From assembly GCA_018985225.1 (NCBI GenBank), contig JADGIF010000004.1, positions 17,640-49,639 on the forward strand: a stretch of 32,000 nucleotides of DNA. Direction: 5' to 3'. Shown here one piece after another: positions 10,901 through 21,390 of the stretch; the first letter of the stretch is position 1, and each line of letters starts with the position of its first letter. The position numbers and the translations under genes are program-made. Source of the stretch: Amoeboradix gromovi X-113 (taxonomy: Eukaryota > Fungi > Sanchytriomycota). Below the pieces are notes generated by a model. That model saw nothing but the letters and a program-made list of their open reading frames with translations, was not told the DNA's origin and ran no database searches.

Positions 10901-11629
10901 CTGCTCTTTAGTTTTATTCTTTTTCAAGCAATAATCTACTAGACCAATAGTTATTTTGAATAAAAGACGACTAGTACTAATATCAAGTATGTCTCTAGGT
11001 GGATTACGGGCAGGAACCATTTTAAATGCCCATGTACGAGCAAATTGAACATAAAAGCCGATGACTGTAGTTAAAAGAAGTTGATACTGTTCAAGAAATT
11101 GCAGTCCCACATCTTCGTACTGATCATCCATTTCAAAGACACTGCTAAAGTGTAGCAAGAGTTGATTGATCAGTCGTACCGCATGTTCTCCATCAGTTCC
11201 ACCACCCTTTTTAAGTGCCGCTCTTAACAAATTGGCTTGAGAGCTTGCAGGGGGTTCTGAAGACAAGGATTCAGTACTTTCGTTACCTGCTATTTCCCCT
11301 ACGCCGCGAATCTTCGACATTGCGGGTTTCAAACAAGGAGGGAGGTCACTTTTACTAATAAACCATGAAATCATAATTTTGGTGGCATTCCGGGTTAGCT
11401 CAAAATCCTTTAAGTCCAGATAAAATGATTCACTTAATGTGTGGCATAAATACTCAAATTGAGGAAGGTTGTTAAGTTTGTATTGAAAGTGAAAAGCTGG
11501 GTCGTTTCCAACAGATTTCAAAATCTCCTTCAAGATATTCTGTCTGACCTCATATGAAAAGAATTTCAGCGGACGAAAGCCCTCTGGTGGTTCAATCAGA
11601 TTTAATTTTGATAGATGAGTTAGAGACAT
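7978..11629 (-). CDS. RALGAPB: Ral GTPase-activating protein beta subunit-like; exons 11629-10205 and 10185-7978, ~1210 aa
   Basis: Blocks WLNHPNIAHVWSSVIFSLT, NSILKLFGSWL, GRAEATSCLCRIF and LLSLELQGIEHLLP match recalled RALGAPB blocks (WRHHPAVVEQWSKVICALT, NSILNLFGSWL, GRAEACGTLCRIF, LFCCDLKGIDVVVP). The two ORFs join in frame on removal of a 19-nt intron. Confidence 0.8.
10186..10204 (-). other. 19-nt spliceosomal intron GTATTTTTTATTAACTTAG
   Basis: GT-AG ends and TAAC-TTAG; removal fuses IIEK|RLNSDFF in frame. Confidence 0.85.
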
Positions 11630-12063
11630 TTTTTTTCGTGTTTCAAATAACGACGTTTTTAACGACGATATATGAAAATACGCTTTAATTTGGGACACAC
11701 TCTTCAAAAAATAATTCCAAACGGTAAACTAATCAGGCAGGCAGGTACCATATTTTATCACCATTGCTTTAGGTAAAATATTGTTACTAATCCCCCTTTC
11801 TTCGATCTGAAATTTGGACTAAGCAAAGCCATATCCTTCTTCCTTCTGCATATACTAGTTTCTTGTGTGTGGTCCAGCAATGGCTTTTCTACTGCACTCG
11901 TCAATGTCGCCACCATATATAATTAATTTTTCTTTTTCTTAAATCGTATTTCATATCCTTGGACCATATAAGTCAAATCCTAGTCACTACAGTTTCCTGG
12001 TGATGCAATAGACTGGCAGGACACGCGTATAGTTCAGGCACATTTTGATGGAATATTACATAT

Positions 12064-12468
12064 GGGACATCAAATATAAAAACTGGACTAACTTTCTGTA
12101 ACAACTTGGAATATTATTTAAGAGGCGAGTGGAAATTCAGCTAGTTGCGGAGTTGACGAGTATAAAAGGAAAATAAATAACTTTTTGTATCGAAATTTCA
12201 AAAATAAATATTTTGTACAGCTATTCTCTTACTCTTTCATCCAATCTTTAGAAAAGAGTACCGTCTAAGAAAATGCACCTTTTGCTTAGATGCTCAAAGA
12301 CCTCATATATTTGAACGAGATGTAGGGTCTTCTAGTTTTATTTTAAAAAGAGGAATACAATTAATGAAAGAAAATTGGTATAATAGAAGATCTTTTGTTA
12401 ATGATAGCATTTCCTCCGTATGGAGCATCTTTAAAAACGACTTAGTCTAGTTTTATATTTGGTGTCCC
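12064..12468. mobile_element. 405-bp MITE with ~28-bp GGG-terminated TIRs and ATAT target duplication
   Basis: Left TIR GGGACATCAAATATAAAAACTGGACTAA (12064-12091); right TIR 12442-12468 reverse-complements to GGGACACCAAATATAAAACTAGACTAA. ATAT at 12060-12063 and 12469-12472. Related copies at 24451 and 31890. Confidence 0.85.
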
Positions 12469-12620
12469 ATATCTAGTAATTGATAGTTTCTTTTATTTTA
12501 CAATCCACTGTTATCTGCGGTTTGATTTTGTGGAGCTTGTCACATTTCATACATTAAAAATAAAACACTAACGATATTTTATTAGGACAAAGAGGCTAAC
12601 GATGTTCTTAAATCAATTAT

Positions 12621-15600
12621 TTATTTGCCTAATGGAATATAGGCATAAGGATCCAGTTGGCCACTCTTTTTGACATCACCCTTTCCTTTTTTGCTTCTAT
12701 ACGCCTTTCCAATTGTGTCAGAAAACTTGACCTTACGTTTCTTGCTGTTATTCTTTTTCAATTTGCTTTTGACTTCTGGATCATCTTCAAATTCTTCGTC
12801 ATGCTGCTTTCTCTTTTTGTTCATATTTTGAAAAGTGACAGTCGTTCCCCTTCTGCTACCCATTTCTCTTGAGGTCATCAATTCCTTGATCAAATCTTCA
12901 GGGTTGTTCTCAATCACCTCTTCCTTATACTCATCTTCATTTATTACATATTTCCCATCTAGCTGCTTAAACATGCTTTCTAATGTACCAAGGTCCTTTT
13001 TGTCTTTTATTTCAAATGGAATATCATTAATGTCTAACACGTCAATGTCGTTTAATGTAACTTTATCAAAAACAGTTTTGTTTGTTTTTGCGGTAAATAC
13101 GCTATTGCCATCAAATGCAATATCATTGAATTCCTTATCAAATTTTACCACAGTCTTATCGCCATTCGTTTGAGTCCTCTCCATTTTTCGCTGCTCCTTT
13201 ACAATATTACTTATAGATTTGTGGTACTCCGTGGGCATTATCTCTAACAACTCTGTTCTACTAATCTTTTTTAGTAATCGTTGCATTAACTGTTTTATCT
13301 TGTTCCTGTCCTGCATTAAGCTAAAATCAGGACCAATCTTGCGCAGGACAGCCTTGATGTCTGCAGTATCTACGATACTTAGCATAATTTTAATGTATAT
13401 AAATATTGATTTAGTAATTGCCTTTTGATTGCTTTTATAGTAATGGCGAATTGCGTCATATATGTTCATCAAGTACTGGGAATCTAAATTAGATTTTGAA
13501 GCATATATTGCTCTACTTAGCGCCAGGATACTAGCACTGATAAAAATGGTTTTAGAGTTGACCATTCCTGCCGCAATGACATTTATGAAGTCTTCTATTT
13601 TACCCAATTTGCTGTATCCAAGGCACATTAGATTTATGGCATTCAGGGCAGAAGTTCTAGCCTTTTCGCTATTCTCTTTGGTAGCATAAATAATTTCTGA
13701 TATTAGCTTTAAAAATTCATCATTTGGTTCCACAACATACCAGTCATCAGGTATATTTTGGACAATAATCTCAAGAACTCTACATCTTTCTTTTCTAGCC
13801 AAACACTTTTGATGATCTACTTGGGAAATCGTGTTCATTGCAGTATCTATTCCTAAACTTGGAATCAATGGCTCTAACAAACGATAGCCTTTCTTTTGAA
13901 GCTTTGGATCCCTCATCAACAGAAGTTGCTTTGCAGTCGAATAAAAGTGGCTCGAATCCGAAAAGGCCGCTAAAATGACCAGAATATCGCAAATGTCTAA
14001 AATTTTGTCAACATTGGTTGTTGAATCATCCTGCATTAAATCGGACGACTGTGATTTAATAAATGATCCAATCTGACTAATAGCCGGAGTACAAATTTGC
14101 TGCAATACATCTTGAGGGCAAGTAGGGACTATTGCAATAATTGCTGACTTGAGGAATGTCTTGAGACTTGGATCTACCGAATCAAGATATTTATTTAACA
14201 ACGTTGGCATTACAAACTTCATGCTACTGGAAAAGTACAACTTAGTCTTGGTGATTTCATCTGATATACCAGCTAGCAATAGTGCTTGGTCTGGAGTTAA
14301 TTCGTTGTTCGTAATTTTGTCATACGACTGCTTTATTTTGATAAGAACAAGAGATATGAACTTGGGATGAGAGTTGACAAGCACGTTGAATTGCTTTCCA
14401 AGCAAAGTATATCCTTGATGTAAGTTGCTAGGAAAAGTACAAGATTGGACAACCACGTCTAATACTTGTTCAGAGAGAAACTCAAACTTCTTCTTATCAG
14501 CTACACTGGCGACCTCCAGTGAGTAGTTTATAAAGTATTCATACATTGGCAAAATATTTGTTAAAACATATTCGAAATTGGAAGCTATAGGATACTTTGT
14601 TAAATAGTACCAGGGCCAATCCATTTGATTTAATTCGAAGGAGCATGAAATCTCTTCAATAGGAAGTATAGAGAAGAAAGACTTCAGAGCTATCTCCAAT
14701 TCGCGTTCATATGGAAAATTGCTAGACTTCAGAGTACCAAGAACAGATAAAGACTGCCTAATCTGCCTCTTAATTAAACACAAAGTACATTCGCACTGGG
14801 CATGCGTTGTTATGAACGTTCTGTTCCATGTAATAATTAATCTTCCTAGATATAAAACCATAAAATCCCAACAAAATAAAAATTTGATATTTGATAGATT
14901 TATGTTAATAAACTCTAGAACTTGAACGATGCTATTATCGACCTGATTGATGTCTTTTATAGGATCTAAAATCAATTTTAAAATGGATTTCAAAAATTCC
15001 TTCTCTGGTTCAAACATTCCCTGAATCAATCCACACACAATCAAGGAATAGTTGCGGCAGCTACTGATGTTGTTCAGTAAACCTGCAAGGCAAATGGATT
15101 GTCCTGGCTTAGTAGGAAGATTCGAAATTATCAAGTTCATTTGGGCAGGTGTTGCATTTAAGGTTCTCAAGCACTGGTAAATTGAATAAGCATGCTTTTT
15201 CTGCAGTTGCCGAATGTAAGGCAATAGCAGATCTATAGACATTTTATTTGACAAACATTTCTGGCTACTTAGAGCAACAACAGTCTCTAAAGATAGTTTG
15301 CGTGATTTTAGATATTCAATTCGCGGATCATCTTTAGTATTCTGTAGCATTGGTGGTTTAGGAAGGCAAGCAATAATCAAAGAGCCTTCATCCATGTTTA
15401 ACAAGGCATCCTTTATAGATTCTTCATTATAGAGATGTGATGGTAGTCTGTGGATCACTCTTGCCAAAGTAGGATACGCTTCGGCATTTAACAAAGACAC
15501 TATAAAGTCTTGATAAAATTCAACTAAGGCGTAAGGGCTAATGAACGGTAGTAGGTCGTCAAACAAATTTGCGGATTCCTCAACATGGTGGCGGTTGTTC

Positions 15601-15734
15601 AACAGATTCAAAAGAGCACCGACCCAAGCCATTAAGTTTACGTTTCTGTTAATAATTGAGTTTATCGTATCATGTAATGAACTGTTTTTGACAATAGCAT
15701 GCCAATCAGTATCTTGCTTAAAGTCATCTCCCAT
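12621..15734 (-). CDS. RRP12: RRP12 ribosome biogenesis HEAT-repeat protein (NUC173), likely start MGDDF at 15734
   Basis: LQKKGYRLL, ISEIIYATKENSEKARTSA and the diagnostic C-terminal GKAYRSKKGKGDVKKSGQLDPYAYIPL. Confidence 0.9.
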   Translation of the reverse strand: MGDDFKQDTDWHAIVKNSSLHDTINSIINRNVNLMAWVGALLNLLNNRHHVEESANLFDDLLPFISPYALVEFYQDFIVSLLNAEAYPTLARVIHRLPSHLYNEESIKDALLNMDEGSLIIACLPKPPMLQNTKDDPRIEYLKSRKLSLETVVALSSQKCLSNKMSIDLLLPYIRQLQKKHAYSIYQCLRTLNATPAQMNLIISNLPTKPGQSICLAGLLNNISSCRNYSLIVCGLIQGMFEPEKEFLKSILKLILDPIKDINQVDNSIVQVLEFININLSNIKFLFCWDFMVLYLGRLIITWNRTFITTHAQCECTLCLIKRQIRQSLSVLGTLKSSNFPYERELEIALKSFFSILPIEEISCSFELNQMDWPWYYLTKYPIASNFEYVLTNILPMYEYFINYSLEVASVADKKKFEFLSEQVLDVVVQSCTFPSNLHQGYTLLGKQFNVLVNSHPKFISLVLIKIKQSYDKITNNELTPDQALLLAGISDEITKTKLYFSSSMKFVMPTLLNKYLDSVDPSLKTFLKSAIIAIVPTCPQDVLQQICTPAISQIGSFIKSQSSDLMQDDSTTNVDKILDICDILVILAAFSDSSHFYSTAKQLLLMRDPKLQKKGYRLLEPLIPSLGIDTAMNTISQVDHQKCLARKERCRVLEIIVQNIPDDWYVVEPNDEFLKLISEIIYATKENSEKARTSALNAINLMCLGYSKLGKIEDFINVIAAGMVNSKTIFISASILALSRAIYASKSNLDSQYLMNIYDAIRHYYKSNQKAITKSIFIYIKIMLSIVDTADIKAVLRKIGPDFSLMQDRNKIKQLMQRLLKKISRTELLEIMPTEYHKSISNIVKEQRKMERTQTNGDKTVVKFDKEFNDIAFDGNSVFTAKTNKTVFDKVTLNDIDVLDINDIPFEIKDKKDLGTLESMFKQLDGKYVINEDEYKEEVIENNPEDLIKELMTSREMGSRRGTTVTFQNMNKKRKQHDEEFEDDPEVKSKLKKNNSKKRKVKFSDTIGKAYRSKKGKGDVKKSGQLDPYAYIPLGK

Positions 15735-15794
15735 TTTCCTCCTCAAAGATTTATCGAAAGTTAAGTAGCAAGAGTCAAAATAGGAGTCAATTAT

Positions 15795-16820
15795 TTATTC
15801 AAACTTTAAATTCATAGGATAAATGCACCCACTTTGTTGAATGACTTCTTTTGCCAAATAATTTCCAGCTTGAACACATTTTTCAGTGTTTCTGTCCAGA
15901 ACTAATTGGGACAAAAATCCGCCTACAAAAGCATCACCCGCACCATTAGTGTCCACAATTAAATTTGCATTAATTGGTTCAACCTTAAAAGTTTTAATAC
16001 CATGAACATCTACCACTACTACATCATCTGACCCCTGTGTGATTACTACTGTTCTATATCTGTTCGTTTTTTTGGGCAACTTTTGAATTAGCTTTGCGAT
16101 TTGTGGAACATCGTTATCCTCAACGAATCCGAAGCTTTTAGCCAAAGCTCTAGCCTCAGTTTCATTTCCAAACACGTAGTCAGCATACTCCAATAAATCA
16201 GATAATGGTTGCTTAAAAAATTCTGAAATAAACGGCGCACTTAAATTCATCGTTAAGAGCTTGTTGTGCATTGCAGCATGCACACAAATCTTCATGATAG
16301 ATGGTGGACTAACGGTCAAAAAGAATCCACCAATATAAAATATTCTTGCTTTTTGTAGCAACTCTTGAATGTGGGTCTCATCCAGATGTTCCGGCTTGTA
16401 TTCATTAGCCGCTCCCAAGTATGCCACTAAAGATCTATTTTTTCCGTTAATTAGCACCGCGCATGTGCCGGTAGAAACCGTCGGATGAACCATGTACGCC
16501 GTTTGCACACCATCATCATTAGCAACCTTGGTCAACTTTTCACCAAATTCATCTTTGCCAATGCATCCTATATATGTTGTGCTACCTTTAGGTAACAATC
16601 GCTGGGCTCCTCTCATAGAATTCTGAGCAGCTCCCCCAGGTACATAGACTGTTGAGGATAACTGGGCTAATTCCTTATATATTGGAAAATGATCTTTATC
16701 TGCTAAAATTGCATCATTCTCCTTCAAGTTGTACTTCTTTAAAAATTGAGCATCTACAGTGTTAGAAAGATCCAATAGTGGGTTCTCAATCCCAAGCAGC
16801 ACTCCTTCTCCTAATGTCAT
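15795..16820 (-). CDS. ADO1: Adenosine kinase (PfkB family), 341 aa
   Basis: ENPLLD, GGAAQNS, NRSLVAYLGAAN, NLSAPF, FGNETEA and VDTNGAGDAFVGGF motifs. Confidence 0.97.
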   Translation of the reverse strand: MTLGEGVLLGIENPLLDLSNTVDAQFLKKYNLKENDAILADKDHFPIYKELAQLSSTVYVPGGAAQNSMRGAQRLLPKGSTTYIGCIGKDEFGEKLTKVANDDGVQTAYMVHPTVSTGTCAVLINGKNRSLVAYLGAANEYKPEHLDETHIQELLQKARIFYIGGFFLTVSPPSIMKICVHAAMHNKLLTMNLSAPFISEFFKQPLSDLLEYADYVFGNETEARALAKSFGFVEDNDVPQIAKLIQKLPKKTNRYRTVVITQGSDDVVVVDVHGIKTFKVEPINANLIVDTNGAGDAFVGGFLSQLVLDRNTEKCVQAGNYLAKEVIQQSGCIYPMNLKFE

Positions 16821-17613
16821 ACAATCTCTCCTTCTTATTAATCATAGTTGACTCTCATTGAAAAGTCCTGAGTCGACAGAAAACTAACAAGTTTCGCACA
16901 GCGATTAACAATGCTAATCTCTCCATTAATTCTTATCTCTTTACGCTCATTATCTAGGGCATAGGATTGATGCGATAGTTGTAAAAGAATCACGGAAAGG
17001 AAAGATATTCCCAAGGTTGGCTTCAACGAGGAAAATAAGAGATGATGACATTTACTGGAGAGATGGCTCAAGAAATCATGTGGGCAGGATTATAGCTGCA
17101 CCTAACAAAAATATGACAACGATTTAGGTAGCTCCCACACTGTATCAAAATCTTTAATCGGGACAGCTACACTTCTACCATTAAACAACGTTTTGCGCAC
17201 GATTATTTTAATGTGTATGGAATTCCAACTTGGCAGCAAAAAGTCTTAATGGGCTATTAAAACAAGGCAATCTTGCTTGGAGTATGTCAGAATAATCAAG
17301 GTCTGTCCCAAAGTTTGGTGTCCATTAAGTTAAAGAGAATGACGTATACCATAAGACGGAGAAACTCAATTTAAAAAACAATATCATAATTGGAATCAGC
17401 ATTCTAGGTTTCACTTAATTAAAATTCATTCCGCATCTTCGTAGAGTCCTATTTGATACCAGTGTCATACCAAGGATGGCTTGGAGTGTTCTTTTTACTG
17501 TAAGAGGAGCTACGCTTATTGCCTTGTAATATTAAAGCAGCTGGTTACATCTTAGACAACTGAGGTTCTGGACTCTTTTAAAAGTTTTACTAATATCCCC
17601 TAATTTCTTATCT

Positions 17614-17793
17614 ATGTTACTGATTGGCGCAGCATTTTTGTCATGCGCCCCCCACATTAACGATCAAAGGGTACATCTCATGCCGTTTTTGCAAAAATCA
17701 GCCGGAACGTTTGTTTGTTGCCACTGCAATCATTCTTTCATGACGATCAACCATTTAAACACCCATATTCGACTAAAACATGGTTATGACTAA
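17614..17793 (+). CDS. 59-aa single C2H2 zinc-finger microprotein with hydrophobic N-terminus (absent from the ORF track)
   Basis: MLLIGAAFLSCAPHINDQRVHLMPFLQKSAGTFVCCHCNHSFMTINHLNTHIRLKHGYD* contains an exact F-x-C-x2-C-x3-F-x5-L-x2-H-x4-H. Confidence 0.65.
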   Translation: MLLIGAAFLSCAPHINDQRVHLMPFLQKSAGTFVCCHCNHSFMTINHLNTHIRLKHGYD

Positions 17794-17866
17794 GGATTCT
17801 TAATCAAATAGTTTAATAAATCACAACTATTTTATTTTTAGCTTTTTAAACTCATTTGCGAAATTG

Positions 17867-20615
17867 TTAGACAGGCGAATGCATTCCTAACTTCGTGTTA
17901 AATTCTAGCTTGCTTCTTCTCTGCCATCTTGTCCACCTTATTCTATCTTTTTTACGGAGTACAATTTGAATGACTCCAATAACTAGGAGAAATACAGCAA
18001 ATGACAAAACCCAAAAATAGATCGGAACACCGCGTTCGCCCATAGTTTGAAAAGCAGAATTCCAATCTGGATTAAATAAACACCAAACTATCAAGATAAC
18101 ACTACTTGTAATCGTACATATGAGCCAGGTTTTTGTATAAGGATTTGCTTCTTTAATAGTTGCGTTTCTAGTGGCAAATTGTGCTGAAAGAAGTATAACA
18201 TATACTGAAAGCGCCAGATTAGAATATTTTTGAGCCAGCTCTACGTTCAACAAGTACTGGAAAGCCCTAAGTTAACGCAAAGTACATTTGAAAGTTGATA
18301 ATATCAAATATTGAAAACACTAAACTTCTAGGTATCATTGCAAGTAGCAGTGACGCAACCTCTTTCTTCTGCTTTTTGTTGCGCCTCATGAAGAGCTTCA
18401 TTGAGCTATTATATTCAATTGATAGAAAGCCCAGTGATTGTATAATTAGTATTATGTTTATGGGTATCAGGTCATTGAGAATAAATCTATATCCAACAAA
18501 TGTCATTTGGTTAATCAAAGAGGATATCAACATGTTTAGAGATACTAAAAATCCGTAAATAACAAACATTTGCAAATTACAAGATATAGTGCGAGCATCC
18601 TTGATTACATCGTAGAGTGCAAACAAACTAGCATCATAATTCAAAAATAAATCCACAAAATGATTTGCATGCATTATGTTCTTTCCCTCTTGTGATTCCA
18701 AATCAATACTTCTCGGTATTATGCCAATAGCTATATCGCTAGTAGCGAAACATGGCAGGAATCTGCTATTTAACACGCTACCGATTATCGCTACACTCTC
18801 ACCCCACTCTGAGAATATTTGAAGCATTTCAGTAATGCTGTTTGGCGATGCTTCAGCAAACAAACTGACGTGCAGTGGTATATCATCTACATGCTTTAAA
18901 TGGTTTTTTATTGCATTGATACCGCGCGGTAGTTTGGCTTTTATATCATGCTCTTCTTGGTACCCAATATTGGTTTCTTCTGGATTGCTTAATAATAGAT
19001 AGGAATTCCAATCTGTCTCCAATCCTAGTCTTTCTGCAAATGCTTTACTTGGCCTTTCATCTTTTAAACTAAAATAAATAAATCTAATAGAACTAGGATT
19101 GAACTCTTCTATTAAATCCCTGACGTGAGATTTGGGCTTGTGCATAGTCTTGCTAACTCCCAGAAAGATCAATCCGTTGATTAACCTAGATCTAATTACT
19201 TTTTCATATGCCTCTTGTTCTCTGGGATACAAACCTGTTTCCATATTTAAAAAATAAGATTTACCGTAAAGAGGTTCTAGTGCTTCTAGTACATTTTGAT
19301 CAATCGGTGAATAAGCATACGCTATCGCTCCTATATCATTTGCTTTGCAATTATAATGAATATCTAAGAACTTCTTTTTCATGGCATCATTTATTGGTAA
19401 AATCTCTTCTCCATCCCAATAATCAGAACACATGCTCATTACAATATTTATGTCACCGTCTACCACTATTTGATCATTAGATTTAGAGTATTGATACACT
19501 CTAGAATGCGCGTGATCTTCGTTATCAGTAATGAACAGATCAAAATACTGTCTTACGGATTGGCTGGTATTGTCAAACCCTATTTCTTTTGCTAAGGTGC
19601 AATAGCAAGACATTTGATGTGAACTGGCATTATACAAAAAGTCTCGGTAATGCAAGTTCTGACTTTTATTGCAATTAGTATTTATTAATAAAATCAATCC
19701 AATAGGTCGTAAACTGTTAGTGTATTGATTGTAATCACTAGTAAAACGCACACCGGTGTTAGTTGTGCTAGTTTCTAAGACAATATCATCATGGGGTAGC
19801 AATATCTCAAATAGGCTAGGGTGATTATGCGAGATTGTACCTGTTTTATCAACTGCGGCAATGATGCTGATGTTTGCAAGTCTTTCTATTAATTGGCGTG
19901 GATGTTTAGTGAAGGAATTAAGAAATACTTGCCAAATGGACAAGTGCAGCTTACGTTGATATTCCTCATCAAACTCGCGTTCTTTCTTTTGCAATAATTG
20001 CACCTTTTGCCATATTATATGCAAATAAGTTGAGGAGCAATGACTAATAAGGGGAACTAAGCTTACATGCCAAGGAATACAAAGGAACAAATCAACAACA
20101 GACACCATTAGTGTCTTCTTAATCTCCCAGTTGCCATTTATTATTTTAACGCATGAGTAAATGATGCTAAATAGAAAAACCAATAATGTAAGGGCCCAGT
20201 ACCAGTTCTGAAATGCACTGTATAATGTATATAATACGGTAGGTGATTTCTGAATTTTAAGCCAGTTCTTTGGTTGTTCAGCAATACGAGCATTTATAAA
20301 CATGTGCGAAAACTTTGGTTTGTCAGTTAGTTTACCAGAAACTTCAACTTTGCACGGTGGGTATTCTGCATATTCCATTGTGATATTTTGGTTTTCCAGC
20401 ATGTATAATGCAGGCTGGACGTTAATTTTGCTACTCAAATAAAAGCAGTTAATTATACGCGGAAATACTTGACCAGGAATTTCTTGAAATCTCATTAAAT
20501 CCAGTTTGATGAATACGACAACTGTATAGCATATAAAATATGCCCAGTATTGCTGAGCTAATGCTGCAGATACTGCTATGATCACAAAAATTGCAGATTC
20601 TAACCAAATTCTCAT
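17867..20615 (-). CDS. TMEM94: TMEM94/ERMA-like P-type-ATPase-related membrane protein; exons 20615-18286 and 18266-17867, ~909 aa
   Basis: SKAFAERLGLETDWN, AKLPRGI..IKNHLKHVDDIPLHVSLF and C-terminal KLEFNTKLGMHSP match recalled TMEM94 blocks; DKTGT at 19836-19850. The start codon is inferred as the first ATG. Confidence 0.85.
18267..18285 (-). other. 19-nt spliceosomal intron GTACTTTGCGTTAACTTAG
   Basis: Phase-2 GT-AG intron; removal gives INFQMAFQYLLNVE, joining both ORFs. Confidence 0.85.
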
Positions 20616-21249
20616 TTGGTTTCCGGAATGCAAAACCAAGGAGCATGATTGAATAATCAATCACTAATGTTGCTAGGCTCTGAAATGAAGTAATACAACT
20701 TCCAAATTGTACTCTAAATTGGAGAATTTCGAGGTATCAAGGCAATTTCAAACATTAATACTATCATTCTCTAAAATTCGTGTCTCCAAACTCTTACAAC
20801 TGGTTTAGTATAGTGAAAAGAAAGCTATAATATTTTGCTAAGTCTTAGCTCTCCAGAGTCTTGCACAACTACTCTCAACAGTTTGAATTGCTGATATACT
20901 TTAGAGCAATCGGGTTCATATATTTCTCAATATATTCCTTTTAGGGTATGAATGAAGATAGATTCAATGCTAAGATCTGAATTTTCCGCAACTTCTCCCA
21001 CCGTAGATGCTGAAAAAGTGAAGTAATTCGAGTTTTTTGCGGCGTCGGATAGAAATCTGGTTGTAACGTTGTAATTTTAAAGCATTTTCGAAGCGTTTGA
21101 CAAACGAGTTAGATTGAGATACTTTGTTTATTAATGCTTTCGAGGAATTTTAGCTCATTACTTTAGAAAAACGCATACTTACAAAATGAACAGATGATAA
21201 TAGAAGACTGAAGACCTTCTATCAGCGGGATTCCTACCAAGTGTACACT

Positions 21250-21390
21250 GAAAACTTTGTACTTGTATTTACACCGTTTGGCATTTAAAATGCTATTTTT
21301 GCAACATAACGCCTCACGTTAGACTTTGCTCATGTCTGTGCAAAGTGCGTGAACCGCGTCGTGGTTTTTTGACGCGGCGAGCGAGCATCA
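21250..21390 (-). ncRNA. Putative Fanzor omegaRNA scaffold plus flank-derived guide
   Basis: Four stem-loops between the Fanzor stop and the element end: 21354-21360/21371-21377, 21323-21329/21340-21346, 21307-21311/21317-21321 and 21281-21293. The position matches known TnpB/Fanzor guide-RNA loci; boundaries are inferred. Confidence 0.6.

Noticed and set aside
11710-12060. Stop-interrupted minus-strand frame next to the MITE
   Set aside because: No identifiable homology; too fragmentary to call.
12608-12629. Possible GC-AG intron extending the RRP12 C-terminus
   Set aside because: Lacks the GTA and TAAC consensus; the protein already ends after the conserved YIPL motif.
16838-17600. 77-aa ORF and broken reading frames upstream of ADO1
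   Set aside because: TTG start and no recognisable domain; may be decayed coding DNA but unsupported.
21175-21225. ATACTTAC (U1 5'-like) followed by a small hairpin
   Set aside because: No CTG continuation, U1 stem-loops or Sm site; outside the transposon.
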